Virus record (IMG/VR): IMGVR_UViG_3300020147_000065
Coordinates: 124,001 to 188,000 of that record
Direction: 5' to 3' (one strand)
DNA: 64,000 nt
Below the pieces are notes generated by a model. It searched no databases, was not told where the DNA came from, and saw nothing but the letters and a program-made list of their open reading frames with translations. Shown piece after piece: positions 41,421 to 50,525 of the stretch. The stretch's first letter is position 1. The number at the start of each line of letters is the position of its first letter. Position numbers and translations under genes: made by a program.

Positions 41421-41790
41421 TTTATCACTAATCAGGGAAAGGGAAAGTCCGAAAGACTTTCCCTTTTCTTTTTTGTCTGCCCCCCCCCCTACCATCCCAC
41501 TGATAAAATCTCCCCGTGGGTGGCGATCATATGGAAGATGGAAGGCCAGTGAACCATGTCAAAAATAAAATCGAGAATCACTTTCACCTCCCCCTTGCAG
41601 CCATTGTCACACCTTGTTAAAATTTAAGGTATGAAATGGCCCAAGATAATTATCACCACGCGGAAGTATATCTACGGTATCCAATCACAAACCCATTGTC
41701 AATGGTTGGTGATGTGCATAAACAGCATCTAAGGGAGTAGATGCTGCCCCCCCCCTTGCAGCACTTTCATAAATTGCGTATAATTTAATT

Positions 41791-42058
41791 GTGAGCGGCG
41801 GAGTGAGTAAGCAATAGGGCAGTGAGGTTGAGAGAGTAACGTATACGGCGCGGTGATGAGTGCGGAGCCAATCGGACATCGAGATGAGCAACTCCAAACA
41901 ATACTCTAAGGCTATGGAACGAGGAAATCAAGATACATATACCTGCTGAGGCCCAAAGCTCCAACGTGAGCGTTTTCATAACAAGCAAAGATGCTGCGTA
42001 AGAAATTCCGCCCCGTGCGGTGAGATTCAAAGGCCACGAATCCTATATGCGTGGTATC
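41791..42058 (+). ncRNA. Candidate non-coding RNA cassette 1
   Basis: Perfect TTGCAG-17-TATAAT promoter with no ORF filling the cassette; 5' GGCGGAGT can pair with ATTCCGCC near the 3' end. Confidence 0.5.
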
Positions 42059-42107
42059 TTTGCCCCCCCCCCTTGCTCTATAATCCTTATCTGTTAAAAT
42101 AGATTAT

Positions 42108-42341
42108 ATGAATTGCACAATCTGTGGAAAACCTGTCGTATTGGTGCCATCGGCTGAACATAGAGCCGCTAAAGATTGCACAGGTAAAACCGCTGCTTAT
42201 TATCGTAGTTTGTTCACTACCCACGCGGATTGTGAACTCAAAAAGCGGCGCGAGGAATCATTGCCGCGTCCTCTCACAGATTTAGAACGTGTGCAGTATG
42301 CCGGTCGTGGTATCAATTTACCAAATAAAATAATCATATGA
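42108..42341 (+). CDS. Small zinc-binding protein (leaderless)
   Basis: MNCTICGKPV...HADC. Confidence 0.7.
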   Translation: MNCTICGKPVVLVPSAEHRAAKDCTGKTAAYYRSLFTTHADCELKKRREESLPRPLTDLERVQYAGRGINLPNKIII

Positions 42342-42700
42342 CAAGAGTTTGGCGAGTAGAGAACTATCAAGGCTCCAGCCCGTTTGTGGAGCCTTATTTC
42401 GCTAATAAGCCACCCACGGGGTTACAGGTTGACCGACGTGATGATTTTGCTCATGTTAAAGAGTCCCTACCGTGGCGACGTGTTCGCTTCGGTATGACGA
42501 CGCGTGAAAATCTCATCGAATGGTTTGGTTTCTCATTAGTGAAAGAGTTCTACAAAGAGGGTTATCGAATAGTTACCTATATTGTAGACGATAGATACGT
42601 GATGCACTCTAAGAGTCGTTATCAGTTAATGTTTGATTTAGACCACGCGAGATTAGATTATGAGGTAGAAGAAAATCAACTAATGTCAGTATGGCCTTAA
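42338..42700 (+). CDS. Hypothetical protein, possibly ADP-ribosyltransferase-like fold
   Basis: VWRVE...FGMTT...WF...Q pattern loosely resembles ART strand motifs; ATGA overlap with the upstream gene. Confidence 0.4.
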   Translation: MTRVWRVENYQGSSPFVEPYFANKPPTGLQVDRRDDFAHVKESLPWRRVRFGMTTRENLIEWFGFSLVKEFYKEGYRIVTYIVDDRYVMHSKSRYQLMFDLDHARLDYEVEENQLMSVWP

Positions 42701-42748
42701 TGCCCCCCCCCCTTGACGTTCATCCCCGTGGATTGTAAAATAATTAAC

Positions 42749-43087
42749 ATGATTCAACCAGTAGCGGACGCATTACCCGGATTTATTAAAGCGGTCAACG
42801 AAAAAATGACTGACTATTGGGCGCGGCATTATCCTAACTTAACTGCACGTCAAGTCAAAGTCGGTGGTGGTGAGAAGTATATCAAAATCGTTGAAGTCGA
42901 GCATGGCGAAGTGCGTAGCATCTACTGTTTTATTGATGCTTCCAATGGTGATGTGCTTATGCCAGCAAGTTTCAAAAAACCCGCAAAACACGCGCGGGGT
43001 AACATCCTGACCGGCGACCCTGTAAATGACGGGTGTTGTGGGCCTCATGGTGTGCGATACATGGGAACTACCTTCTCTTGGGAGTAG
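42749..43087 (+). CDS. Conserved phage protein (KYIKIV...IYCFID...GDVLMPASFKKPAKHARGNI)
   Basis: Motif recognised from many phage genomes; leaderless behind TTGACG-CCCCGTGG-TAAAAT. Confidence 0.75.
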   Translation: MIQPVADALPGFIKAVNEKMTDYWARHYPNLTARQVKVGGGEKYIKIVEVEHGEVRSIYCFIDASNGDVLMPASFKKPAKHARGNILTGDPVNDGCCGPHGVRYMGTTFSWE

Positions 43088-43139
43088 GTAGTTGCCCCCC
43101 CCCCTTGTCAACAGAAATTATATGGATTAAAATATAAGC

Positions 43140-43823
43140 ATGGACAAAAAGATTGATGACGTTTTAAAGTTCGACCCGATTGACACCGCAGAAAAAATGA
43201 TGGGCGGCGATAGAAGTGATGCTTCTATGTTTCTGGGCCTCGCTCTGGCAATGGAGAACAACGAACAAAAAGAGCGCGTTTTAAATGCGTCAGGCGATAC
43301 GCATTTCAGCACCACGCTTGACCAATATATTTCTATTGTTCAGGGCATCGGTTTCGAGCAGGTTTTGTGCATCCCATTTGTCGGTGAAAAGTGGGGAAAA
43401 GAAACTGCCCCACAAGAGAAATTTTTCGTTTTCTTCGATAAGTCGCGCAGCATTTTGCTTACTTTCGACACCTATAACAGCGGCAAAGTCAACGGTGGCA
43501 AGTTTCTCTATAACATCAAGCCGAACAACGAAAAAAGTTTCTATAATGTTATTTCTTCCGGTGGCTACACGAAAGACAGTGACGGCAATTATGTTTGGGT
43601 TGGTGACCATGACTGCCGCGAAGCCATCAAACACAAGATTGCACGTTTAGAAGAAAACGGGCAATTCTTAACCAAATGGTTAGAGCGCCCTTTTCTCTGG
43701 TTGCTTCATTATATGGACACCAAAGACAAGAATTATGATTATCGCGCTATCAACGCGGAACGAATTGCAATGCTGCCGGATTACGTGCAAGAAGCAATCA
43801 CACCGGCTCAGTCTTCGGACTGA
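43140..43823 (+). CDS. Cassette gene, hypothetical (227 aa, leaderless)
   Basis: TTGTCA-17-TAAAAT-6-ATG; ends in a UUCG hairpin. Confidence 0.8.
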   Translation: MDKKIDDVLKFDPIDTAEKMMGGDRSDASMFLGLALAMENNEQKERVLNASGDTHFSTTLDQYISIVQGIGFEQVLCIPFVGEKWGKETAPQEKFFVFFDKSRSILLTFDTYNSGKVNGGKFLYNIKPNNEKSFYNVISSGGYTKDSDGNYVWVGDHDCREAIKHKIARLEENGQFLTKWLERPFLWLLHYMDTKDKNYDYRAINAERIAMLPDYVQEAITPAQSSD

Positions 43824-43873
43824 GCCTTGCCCCCCCCCTTGCTCTATGAAGTATTTATGGTAGAATATATTAC

Positions 43874-44263
43874 ATGACGACAGCCAAAGTTAATCTAATC
43901 GGACTCATAACCTTTTCCGTTCGTATATCGTGGCAAGGCGACACACCAATAGAAACTTCACGTTTTCTTGATGAAGTAGAGAGTGCTATTCGGCGCTTCA
44001 TCATCACAAAAAGGTTATATTTAACCGATGATTTAGCCTTGCGTGTCTCAAGCCGTCCGTTTGAAGGATGCACGGCTCTGCGTCGGATACATGATGTGGC
44101 TGATATTTATGATGCTTTTGGTTATGTAGCTTATGAAGTAAATATGGACAATATAAGCAAACCTATTCCACTATGCAAACCATCATTGCGTAAAATATTT
44201 GGTCGCTTACCAAATAACATCTATTTCGATATTTATAAGCGTTCGGCTGTCACCTCAGAGTGA
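43874..44263 (+). CDS. Paralog family B protein, copy 1
   Basis: C-terminal CxxxLxxxFGxLPxNIY motif. Confidence 0.7.
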   Translation: MTTAKVNLIGLITFSVRISWQGDTPIETSRFLDEVESAIRRFIITKRLYLTDDLALRVSSRPFEGCTALRRIHDVADIYDAFGYVAYEVNMDNISKPIPLCKPSLRKIFGRLPNNIYFDIYKRSAVTSE

Positions 44264-44314
44264 CAGCCTTGCCCCCCCCCTTGTGAACCTGCCCCGTGGT
44301 TGGTAAAATATAAA

Positions 44315-44558
44315 GCGTTCGGTAGATAGCTTAGGAAAAAGGGAGTGACGACCCGAATAAACTTTGCGCTACTCACAATCTGACGGACTGTAAGAATAAC
44401 TGCATACGTCGTGCAGGGTGTTCAAATGTCAGAGGGCCAGCAACGTGGCACAGTCCAACACAAAACAAGAGAGCCGGTGAGGAACCGGTGAGGTCGAAAT
44501 TGAAATAAGTCGGGCCTCTAAAACCTGACAAAGATTCGGTGTAATGAGCCGAACGCCT
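44315..44558 (+). ncRNA. Candidate structured non-coding RNA cassette 2 with possible pseudoknot
   Basis: Closing stem GCGTTCGG/CCGAACGC; crossed pairings TCTGAC/GTCAGA and GGACTGT/ACAGTCC; several hairpins; no sense ORF. Confidence 0.65.
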
Positions 44559-44640
44559 CTTACAAAAGTATCTGACTACAAAATCTCTTGAGTTGTGCCC
44601 CCCCCTTGTCTGATTCATAAATCTACGATAGAATTAAAGT

Positions 44641-44868
44641 ATGATTAAAACAGAAGAAATGGGCGAGTTTGAAATAGGTCAAACCCATCGTGGGTTTTAT
44701 CTGTATGGAATACGGCAATCCACGGGGAAGAGTTTGTATTGGCAGGGTCGCAAACGTGGTTGGTGTAATGGAGCAATTCCTGACGGCTACTTTAAAAGTA
44801 AAGATCATATCTTTAACAGCGTCGGTGCAGTCCTTCAGCTTGTTGCTGACAAAACCTATCGAGTATAG
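44641..44868 (+). CDS. Cassette gene, hypothetical (leaderless)
   Basis: TAGAAT-6-ATG. Confidence 0.65.
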   Translation: MIKTEEMGEFEIGQTHRGFYLYGIRQSTGKSLYWQGRKRGWCNGAIPDGYFKSKDHIFNSVGAVLQLVADKTYRV

Positions 44869-44920
44869 GTTTTGCCCCCCCCCCTTGCACCCTTTAAAAC
44901 TTAGAGTTAGAATATATTAC

Positions 44921-45136
44921 ATGGAAACACAAGCGCCTGATTCGATTATCGTTTACCGTTCGCCAAGTGACAAGCTGATTGCCGAAACTCAATATGATAT
45001 TATGATGGCAGTCGGCAACTTTTTCTGGGACAACTGGCTCGTGATTTTGGGTGGCCTCGGATTCGGAATCTTCCTTTTCGCTGTGCTGATTCCGTGGTTT
45101 CAAGACAGCGTAATTAAAGGTCGGGTTCGCCGCTAA
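44921..45136 (+). CDS. Single-TM membrane protein (leaderless)
   Basis: METQAPDSIIVYRS... with hydrophobic C-half. Confidence 0.65.
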   Translation: METQAPDSIIVYRSPSDKLIAETQYDIMMAVGNFFWDNWLVILGGLGFGIFLFAVLIPWFQDSVIKGRVRR

Positions 45137-45207
45137 GCGGTGGGCCTTGCCCCCCCCCCTTGTGCAGCATAGTAAATTTGTTAAAATAAATAGTGAGGTT
45201 AATCATT

Positions 45208-45432
45208 ATGAAAATTGCTTCTGCTGCTCCGACAAACACTGGTGTAAATGTTCAGTTGTCCTCTCAGGTCGCCTACATTGGCCGCAATGCCAACATCGGG
45301 CGTCAGGCTAACATTGGCTGCAATGCCAACATCGGGCGTCAGGCTAACATTGGCCGCCCATTCAATGCTACCATGCAACAGGCCGCCGCGCATCGTCGCC
45401 GGATGATGCCCGTGCTGCGGCGCACGAAGTAA
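45208..45432 (+). CDS. Small protein with hexapeptide repeats (ANIGRQ/ANIGCN)
   Basis: 18-nt unit repeated about five times, forming a duplicated 36-nt block at 45275-45356. Confidence 0.65.
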   Translation: MKIASAAPTNTGVNVQLSSQVAYIGRNANIGRQANIGCNANIGRQANIGRPFNATMQQAAAHRRRMMPVLRRTK

Positions 45433-45507
45433 GGAACGGGGAGCATAAAAGCTCCCCGTTCTGCCCCCCCCCTTGTCATAAATAACATATTTGATAAAAT
45501 ATATTAC

Positions 45508-45927
45508 ATGACAATCACAAGATTTCATCGCCCACCAAACGACAAGCCACTGCTCGCAATGTTAATTGTGGTATGCTTGATTCTCGGCATTGCCATCGCC
45601 CAAGCCTCAGAGCCACAAGTAACTCAACCTCAATTCAAACAAGAGTTTCGGTTCATGCCGTGGCAAGATCAGGGCGAACGAAATGTTCAGACGCAAATAC
45701 CTCTCGCTAAATTCTTATGGGGAGAAGGCCCGACAGATCAAAACCTCGAAGATTTTGAAGATATGTGCCGACGCTTTGAGGAACCGGGCGGGTTTCAAAG
45801 TGAAGCTGAAATGGAAGCTGCCCGACGTGTTCTCGGTGTGCCGGAAGAACTTATGGATTTATACGTTGATGAAGGGTATGGAAAAGGGCACATTCCGATC
45901 AAATTACCAGCGACTCTCGATGTTTGA
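45508..45927 (+). CDS. Secreted or membrane-anchored protein
   Basis: N-terminal hydrophobic helix ending AIAQA. Confidence 0.65.
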   Translation: MTITRFHRPPNDKPLLAMLIVVCLILGIAIAQASEPQVTQPQFKQEFRFMPWQDQGERNVQTQIPLAKFLWGEGPTDQNLEDFEDMCRRFEEPGGFQSEAEMEAARRVLGVPEELMDLYVDEGYGKGHIPIKLPATLDV

Positions 45928-45978
45928 GAGTTTGCCCCCCCCTTGTTCAATAGTTTATTACGAGTTAAAATATATTAC

Positions 45979-46281
45979 ATGAAGAACGGTCATGTATATC
46001 CCGACGGTCATATTCTCATTGATGGACGGCAACACCAACTAATGCCACGCGCGGCATCTGTAGCAACCCGACTTGTGCGTGGTTTGGATAATCACACACT
46101 TGAAATTACCACCGAAGAACCATCCTCATTTGATGTGTCACTACATAAGGTTGGTGGCCAAAATTGGATTAACTATCGTAGCCCGGTTTACGGTGATATG
46201 ATGTTCTGTGACACAGGATTAATCAAGGTGTTCGGCACAATCCCTGAGAATATCTATGTGGCGGTAGTTCCTCAGCAATGA
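45979..46281 (+). CDS. Paralog family B protein, copy 2
   Basis: FCDTGLIKVFGTIPENIYV. Confidence 0.7.
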   Translation: MKNGHVYPDGHILIDGRQHQLMPRAASVATRLVRGLDNHTLEITTEEPSSFDVSLHKVGGQNWINYRSPVYGDMMFCDTGLIKVFGTIPENIYVAVVPQQ

Positions 46282-46332
46282 GGAATTGCCCCCCCCCTTG
46301 CAGCATCTATTATCTAATGTTATCCTTTAATC

Positions 46333-46887
46333 ATGGAAAAGAACGACATCCTCGATATTTACCACAAAGGCGCTGCTGTTGGTATTGCTACTCCGTTTTC
46401 TGAACTGCCATTAGGCCGATATTTTTATGATGGTGGACAGGAATATAAAAAGGTCAGCGATGACACCGCATTCGGTAATCATTCGCGTCGTTTCAATCCT
46501 TCTTATTTGGTTGTAATTACGTTGGTTACACCGCTATTTAACTTTCATGATGTGGATAAAGTTTATCTGGCGATGTGTGACCATTTCGGCGTGTTTTTCC
46601 ACAGACAGAACACCCGCGCAGACGTTGCCCGTGCCTTAATGAATTTGCCCGTGTTGGTGGTTACTGAGGTTGTAGCATGGGCAAAGATGAAATGGGCGCA
46701 AAAGATGTTCGAGGTCGAAACTCAGCGCGGCATCGGCAACCCCGAAAAGTTGGCCGAATTACAGCAGACGTGGAGTGCGCTTTATAATGCGATTGCAGCA
46801 AAGCATTATCCGGCGGGGCGTTTCTACTGGGTGGAGTGTCGCGGCGATATTCGCCGCATTGACCCTTCGCGTTACCGTTCGCGGTAA
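46333..46887 (+). CDS. Cassette gene, hypothetical (leaderless)
   Basis: TTGCAG-17-TATCCT-ATG. Confidence 0.75.
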   Translation: MEKNDILDIYHKGAAVGIATPFSELPLGRYFYDGGQEYKKVSDDTAFGNHSRRFNPSYLVVITLVTPLFNFHDVDKVYLAMCDHFGVFFHRQNTRADVARALMNLPVLVVTEVVAWAKMKWAQKMFEVETQRGIGNPEKLAELQQTWSALYNAIAAKHYPAGRFYWVECRGDIRRIDPSRYRSR

Positions 46888-46938
46888 CGCTTGCCCCCCC
46901 CCTTGTCAAAATCTATAAATGAGCGTATAATAATTATC

Positions 46939-47262
46939 ATGTTATTCTCGAAGCCAATCATTCTAACCGGACACTATAATGTGGGAGCAAAGTTCATTCG
47001 TTTAAACGGTAGAGCTTATGATTTGTTTGCTACTGCTGATTATGCAATTACAAATTTACTCCCCGCATATAAAGATGAAGCGGAAATTGCTCTTGTTCTA
47101 TCGAATAGACATATACAGGGCGGTTTAACCTTCAAACGAACCGTTGATGAGAACGGTGATATTTATTATGTCGGTTATGGTTATGAGGGGAGAGTTTGTA
47201 GACCCGCATTAAAAGAGTTATTCGGCTATCTTCCACGCCGGTTATACCTAAAGTTCATTTAG
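46939..47262 (+). CDS. Paralog family B protein, copy 3
   Basis: VCRPALKELFGYLPRRLYLKF. Confidence 0.7.
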   Translation: MLFSKPIILTGHYNVGAKFIRLNGRAYDLFATADYAITNLLPAYKDEAEIALVLSNRHIQGGLTFKRTVDENGDIYYVGYGYEGRVCRPALKELFGYLPRRLYLKFI

Positions 47263-47309
47263 GTATTGCCCCCCCCTTGTTCCCCCGTGGTTTGCTTGAT
47301 ATAATTTAA

Positions 47310-47502
47310 TTGTCAGTGAGAGAGCGCATATAGTTTGATAAAGCGTAACGTGGCTCATGGTAGGACATAGGCCCCCTGCCAGTAAGGGTTCTTCGGAATC
47401 GTATAATGAGTTCCCCCGCCTAAATGGTGTCTATTCATTTCACTGGATAGGCCCAACATGAAAGCGCAGTGGTGAGTGAAAGCATCCTTCTCTCACTGAC
47501 AA
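47310..47502 (+). ncRNA. Candidate structured non-coding RNA cassette 3
   Basis: Perfect 14-bp terminal stem TTGTCAGTGAGAGA/TCTCTCACTGACAA starting near +1 of a TTGTTC-17-TATAAT promoter; internal UUCG hairpin; no ORF. Confidence 0.7.
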
Positions 47503-47598
47503 GGTTTGGGCGTATGACCCAGTAATGAGGCGCACAGAGGCGTCTGCCCGTTGCCCCCCCCCCTTGCATTAACTAAAGAAAAGTAGGATAATAATAGT

Positions 47599-47919
47599 AT
47601 GGATAAAGTTAATGATGAACAACAACCCGCTGTTTCTATGGATTTGCAACTCGTTGCCTTCTCAAAAGACAATCAGGACGGCTCTGGCAGCGTTCACGTT
47701 TTCAACGACACCGACGAACTTCGCAAACATTTTGATGAAGTTTACGACGCCGACATTGACGAAGAGTGCGCGAAAGAAGCAGAAGAAAAGTTCAACGTTG
47801 CCATCGCAGGTTCTCAACCCTACGAAGTTGGCACGGTTGAAACGAAAACCATCAAAGTGGTAGTCGAAAACGGCAAAGTGCGACTCGCTGAGTCCCTACA
47901 CTTTAGCACCGGACAATAG
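47599..47919 (+). CDS. Acidic hypothetical protein (leaderless)
   Basis: TTGCAT-17-TATAAT then ATG. Confidence 0.7.
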   Translation: MDKVNDEQQPAVSMDLQLVAFSKDNQDGSGSVHVFNDTDELRKHFDEVYDADIDEECAKEAEEKFNVAIAGSQPYEVGTVETKTIKVVVENGKVRLAESLHFSTGQ

Positions 47920-48183
47920 TCCGGGGCTTGCCCCCCCCCTACCTTGACACCGGCTCCCTCATATGGTAGAATTTATATTAGGAGTCTCATATGTCTTTAT
48001 TTATCGTGTTATTTGGGATAGCACTACTTTTTACGATGCCGGTTTTTGTGAATCTTAAACCACTTTATTACTTCTTATGGATGGTTGAAGCGATATTGAT
48101 ATTCACAAACTAACTCGTAAGAGTTAGTGCCCCCCCCCTTGCGGCAAATATCGCAAACATATAAAATTTAATGTGGAAGTGCT

Positions 48184-48708
48184 ATGAGAAACATTGTTTT
48201 CAGAAACAGCCTCATAAGCGAGCATCGTGCAGGACAGTTGCTTCGCAGTTGGAAAAATCAGTTACGCGGCAAGTTAAGCCCTAAAAGACGTAAAGAAGTT
48301 AACGGTTTGCTTAACGATATGCGTAAAGCATTAAAGACCGTTGGCCCCTATGAGCGCGATGGTGTGTTTACTGTCGAAGAAGTTATGGCTTTAGTGGGAA
48401 CAGGCCACGGACACGTTAATCGTCGCCCTATTTCGTATGACACTAAACGTCTAAAAGTGTTCAAGCGAACGGGCACAGTATGTGTCGCGTGTGGTTTACC
48501 TGCCTCACACTTTGCTTTAGAGCGTTGCTGGGAACAAGATGGTGATTTGTGGCACTTCAATTTGTATGGTTTGAGAGACGGTAAAGAAATTCTCTTTACT
48601 CGTGACCACATTAAACCACTTGCCAGGGGTGGAACCGATTGTCTCGATAATCAGGAAACAATGTGCTGCACTTGCAATTTCAAAAAGGGCGACAAGTGGG
48701 AAGAGTGA
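48184..48708 (+). CDS. HNH endonuclease
   Basis: CVACG...TRDHIKPLARGGTDCLDNQETMCCTCNFKKG. Confidence 0.9.
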   Translation: MRNIVFRNSLISEHRAGQLLRSWKNQLRGKLSPKRRKEVNGLLNDMRKALKTVGPYERDGVFTVEEVMALVGTGHGHVNRRPISYDTKRLKVFKRTGTVCVACGLPASHFALERCWEQDGDLWHFNLYGLRDGKEILFTRDHIKPLARGGTDCLDNQETMCCTCNFKKGDKWEE

Positions 48709-48766
48709 TCTTCCCCGTCTGCCCCCCCCCTTTGCACACATAGACAATTTTAAGTATCCTTTAAGT

Positions 48767-49102
48767 ATGGAAAGAACATTTAACGTAGAACTTCAGGGAA
48801 CACTGTGGTATGTTGGTCATAATATGCTGATTCTCGAATCAGCACCGGCTCTGGATGAAATTCTGGGCGTAGAAGGAAAACGTAAACGCGTAACTGTCAG
48901 CGATAAGCATTTCAAGGGTGCGACAAACACCCTGACAACCGTGCCAAAAGCAAAGCGCAATGACACCGTGCCGGAATTCCTCGCCTATTCGTTTCGCAAG
49001 GGCACCGACAAATTCGTTTACATCTGTCCTAATGGCTTGATGTGTTACTTCCATGTGAACGAAAAGCCACCGCGCAGACTCTACATTAAAGTAGAAGATT
49101 AA
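48767..49102 (+). CDS. Paralog family B protein, copy 4 (divergent)
   Basis: ICPNGLMCYF...PPRRLYIK. Confidence 0.6.
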   Translation: MERTFNVELQGTLWYVGHNMLILESAPALDEILGVEGKRKRVTVSDKHFKGATNTLTTVPKAKRNDTVPEFLAYSFRKGTDKFVYICPNGLMCYFHVNEKPPRRLYIKVED

Positions 49103-49166
49103 CCCGAAAGGGTTAATCTTGCCCCCCCCCTTGTCAACATTTAACTTTCGCAGTAAAATCTTAACC

Positions 49167-49598
49167 ATGAACAACATGAACGACGCTCTTTGCACGGCTG
49201 CCCGAATCAATCGCACGTATGGTTTGCAAATGGTTATCTGTCCCGCCATCGGTGGACGTTTCGACGTGACACAAGGCGTCAATCCTGAAACCGGAAACCC
49301 GCTGCGTATGCTGGAAAGCGCAACACCGGCACAACTCGTTACGTGGCTTGACGGCTACGAAATGGCCCTGATTGGTGCCGAACTTCGCGCGGAAGATGCT
49401 AAGTCTTACGACTTTCCCGGCGACAAAGGAGGGTTCGACTTTTCTTTCGATGAAATTTTCGGCTCACTAATGGAGCCGCAACCCGTCGCACAAATCGAAA
49501 GTATTAGTATTGATTCCCGCATGGTTGCAGGGCCACAGGGTATCGAACGATTCACGATTATTGAGCGTGTTATTAACACGCTCTACACGATTCTCTAA
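49167..49598 (+). CDS. Cassette gene, hypothetical (leaderless)
   Basis: TTGTCA-17-TAAAAT then ATG. Confidence 0.7.
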   Translation: MNNMNDALCTAARINRTYGLQMVICPAIGGRFDVTQGVNPETGNPLRMLESATPAQLVTWLDGYEMALIGAELRAEDAKSYDFPGDKGGFDFSFDEIFGSLMEPQPVAQIESISIDSRMVAGPQGIERFTIIERVINTLYTIL

Positions 49599-49669
49599 GC
49601 GGCGGGGAGTTTCAAACTCCCCGCCTTGCCCCCCCTTGCGAGAATTAAGGAAATCGCTATACTATAACC

Positions 49670-49939
49670 ATGTCTAATCAAGAATGGCCGAAGTTTTGGC
49701 TTGAAACGAATCAGCGTTGGGGATGGGTAAGGTCGCGTGAAGAGTGGGAGGAAATGGTAAACGACACCATTCAGCCCAATTTGTGGGGATTTCGCACACG
49801 CGAAGAAATTCTCGAATACTTCCTGACCTCACGACAGCACCGGGACGGAATCGCAAACTTCGGCCAATACACCTATGCCGAGCACACCGGGGAAAAGACC
49901 TTGCGAGAGTTCTTAGCGGAGCACGGTATCGAGCCGTGA
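49670..49939 (+). CDS. Cassette gene, hypothetical (leaderless)
   Basis: TTGCGA-17-TATACT-6-ATG. Confidence 0.7.
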   Translation: MSNQEWPKFWLETNQRWGWVRSREEWEEMVNDTIQPNLWGFRTREEILEYFLTSRQHRDGIANFGQYTYAEHTGEKTLREFLAEHGIEP

Positions 49940-50220
49940 TCTGCCCCCCCCCTTGCGTCTCCTAATAGAACTTGTTAGAATGTAATTCGTTAGTTCAATC
50001 GGGAGGGCGTTATGGATTCTGCGCTTGATTATGCGATTTACTTTGCTAACCGCTATCACATGATTATGATTATCGTGTTGATTGCTGCCAACGATTATCG
50101 GGCAATACCTGAAGAGTGTAACGACTTAGGTTATCCCGTCATAGATAAGATTCTACCAAAGGATTAACAATGGCTAAAACCTTTGATTTCTTGTAGTTAC
50201 CTTAAAGGAGGTTAACTACA

Positions 50221-50436
50221 ATGAAACACAATCACAGAACTGGTGATGTAAAGCGTCAGTGCCACAGCGGATGCTATTATGGAATGAAAGATTCTCTAAA
50301 ACAGGACGAGAATTACCACCGTCGTGCAACCGAACGCCGTTTGATTTCCGACATTATGAAGGGTAAACTCGACCCTGATGAAGCCATCTTTCCTGTAAAG
50401 GGCATCCATAGTTCCGATTGGTGGGATTGGGACTAA
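50221..50436 (+). CDS. Small hypothetical protein
   Basis: AAGGAGG SD; ends SDWWDWD. Confidence 0.65.
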   Translation: MKHNHRTGDVKRQCHSGCYYGMKDSLKQDENYHRRATERRLISDIMKGKLDPDEAIFPVKGIHSSDWWDWD

Positions 50437-50525
50437 TAGATGCCCCCCCCCCTTGCTAATCAAATGACAAAAGCCTCTTCCTATGATATAATTCATCTGG
50501 AAGAGGCTTTAGTCCCGGAATTGGG

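Larger units (their letters stand above)
34101..41570 (+). repeat. Four copies of a ~40-bp intergenic repeat TGGAAGAWGGAARGYCAG-N7-8-GTCAARAATAAAA (34101, 35185, 35782, 41532)
   Basis: Direct comparison of the four intergenic segments. Confidence 0.8.

Noticed and set aside
41791-47502. RNA cassettes as tRNA or tmRNA
   Set aside because: No cloverleaf, TTCRA T-loop with CCA end, or tag reading frame could be identified by eye.
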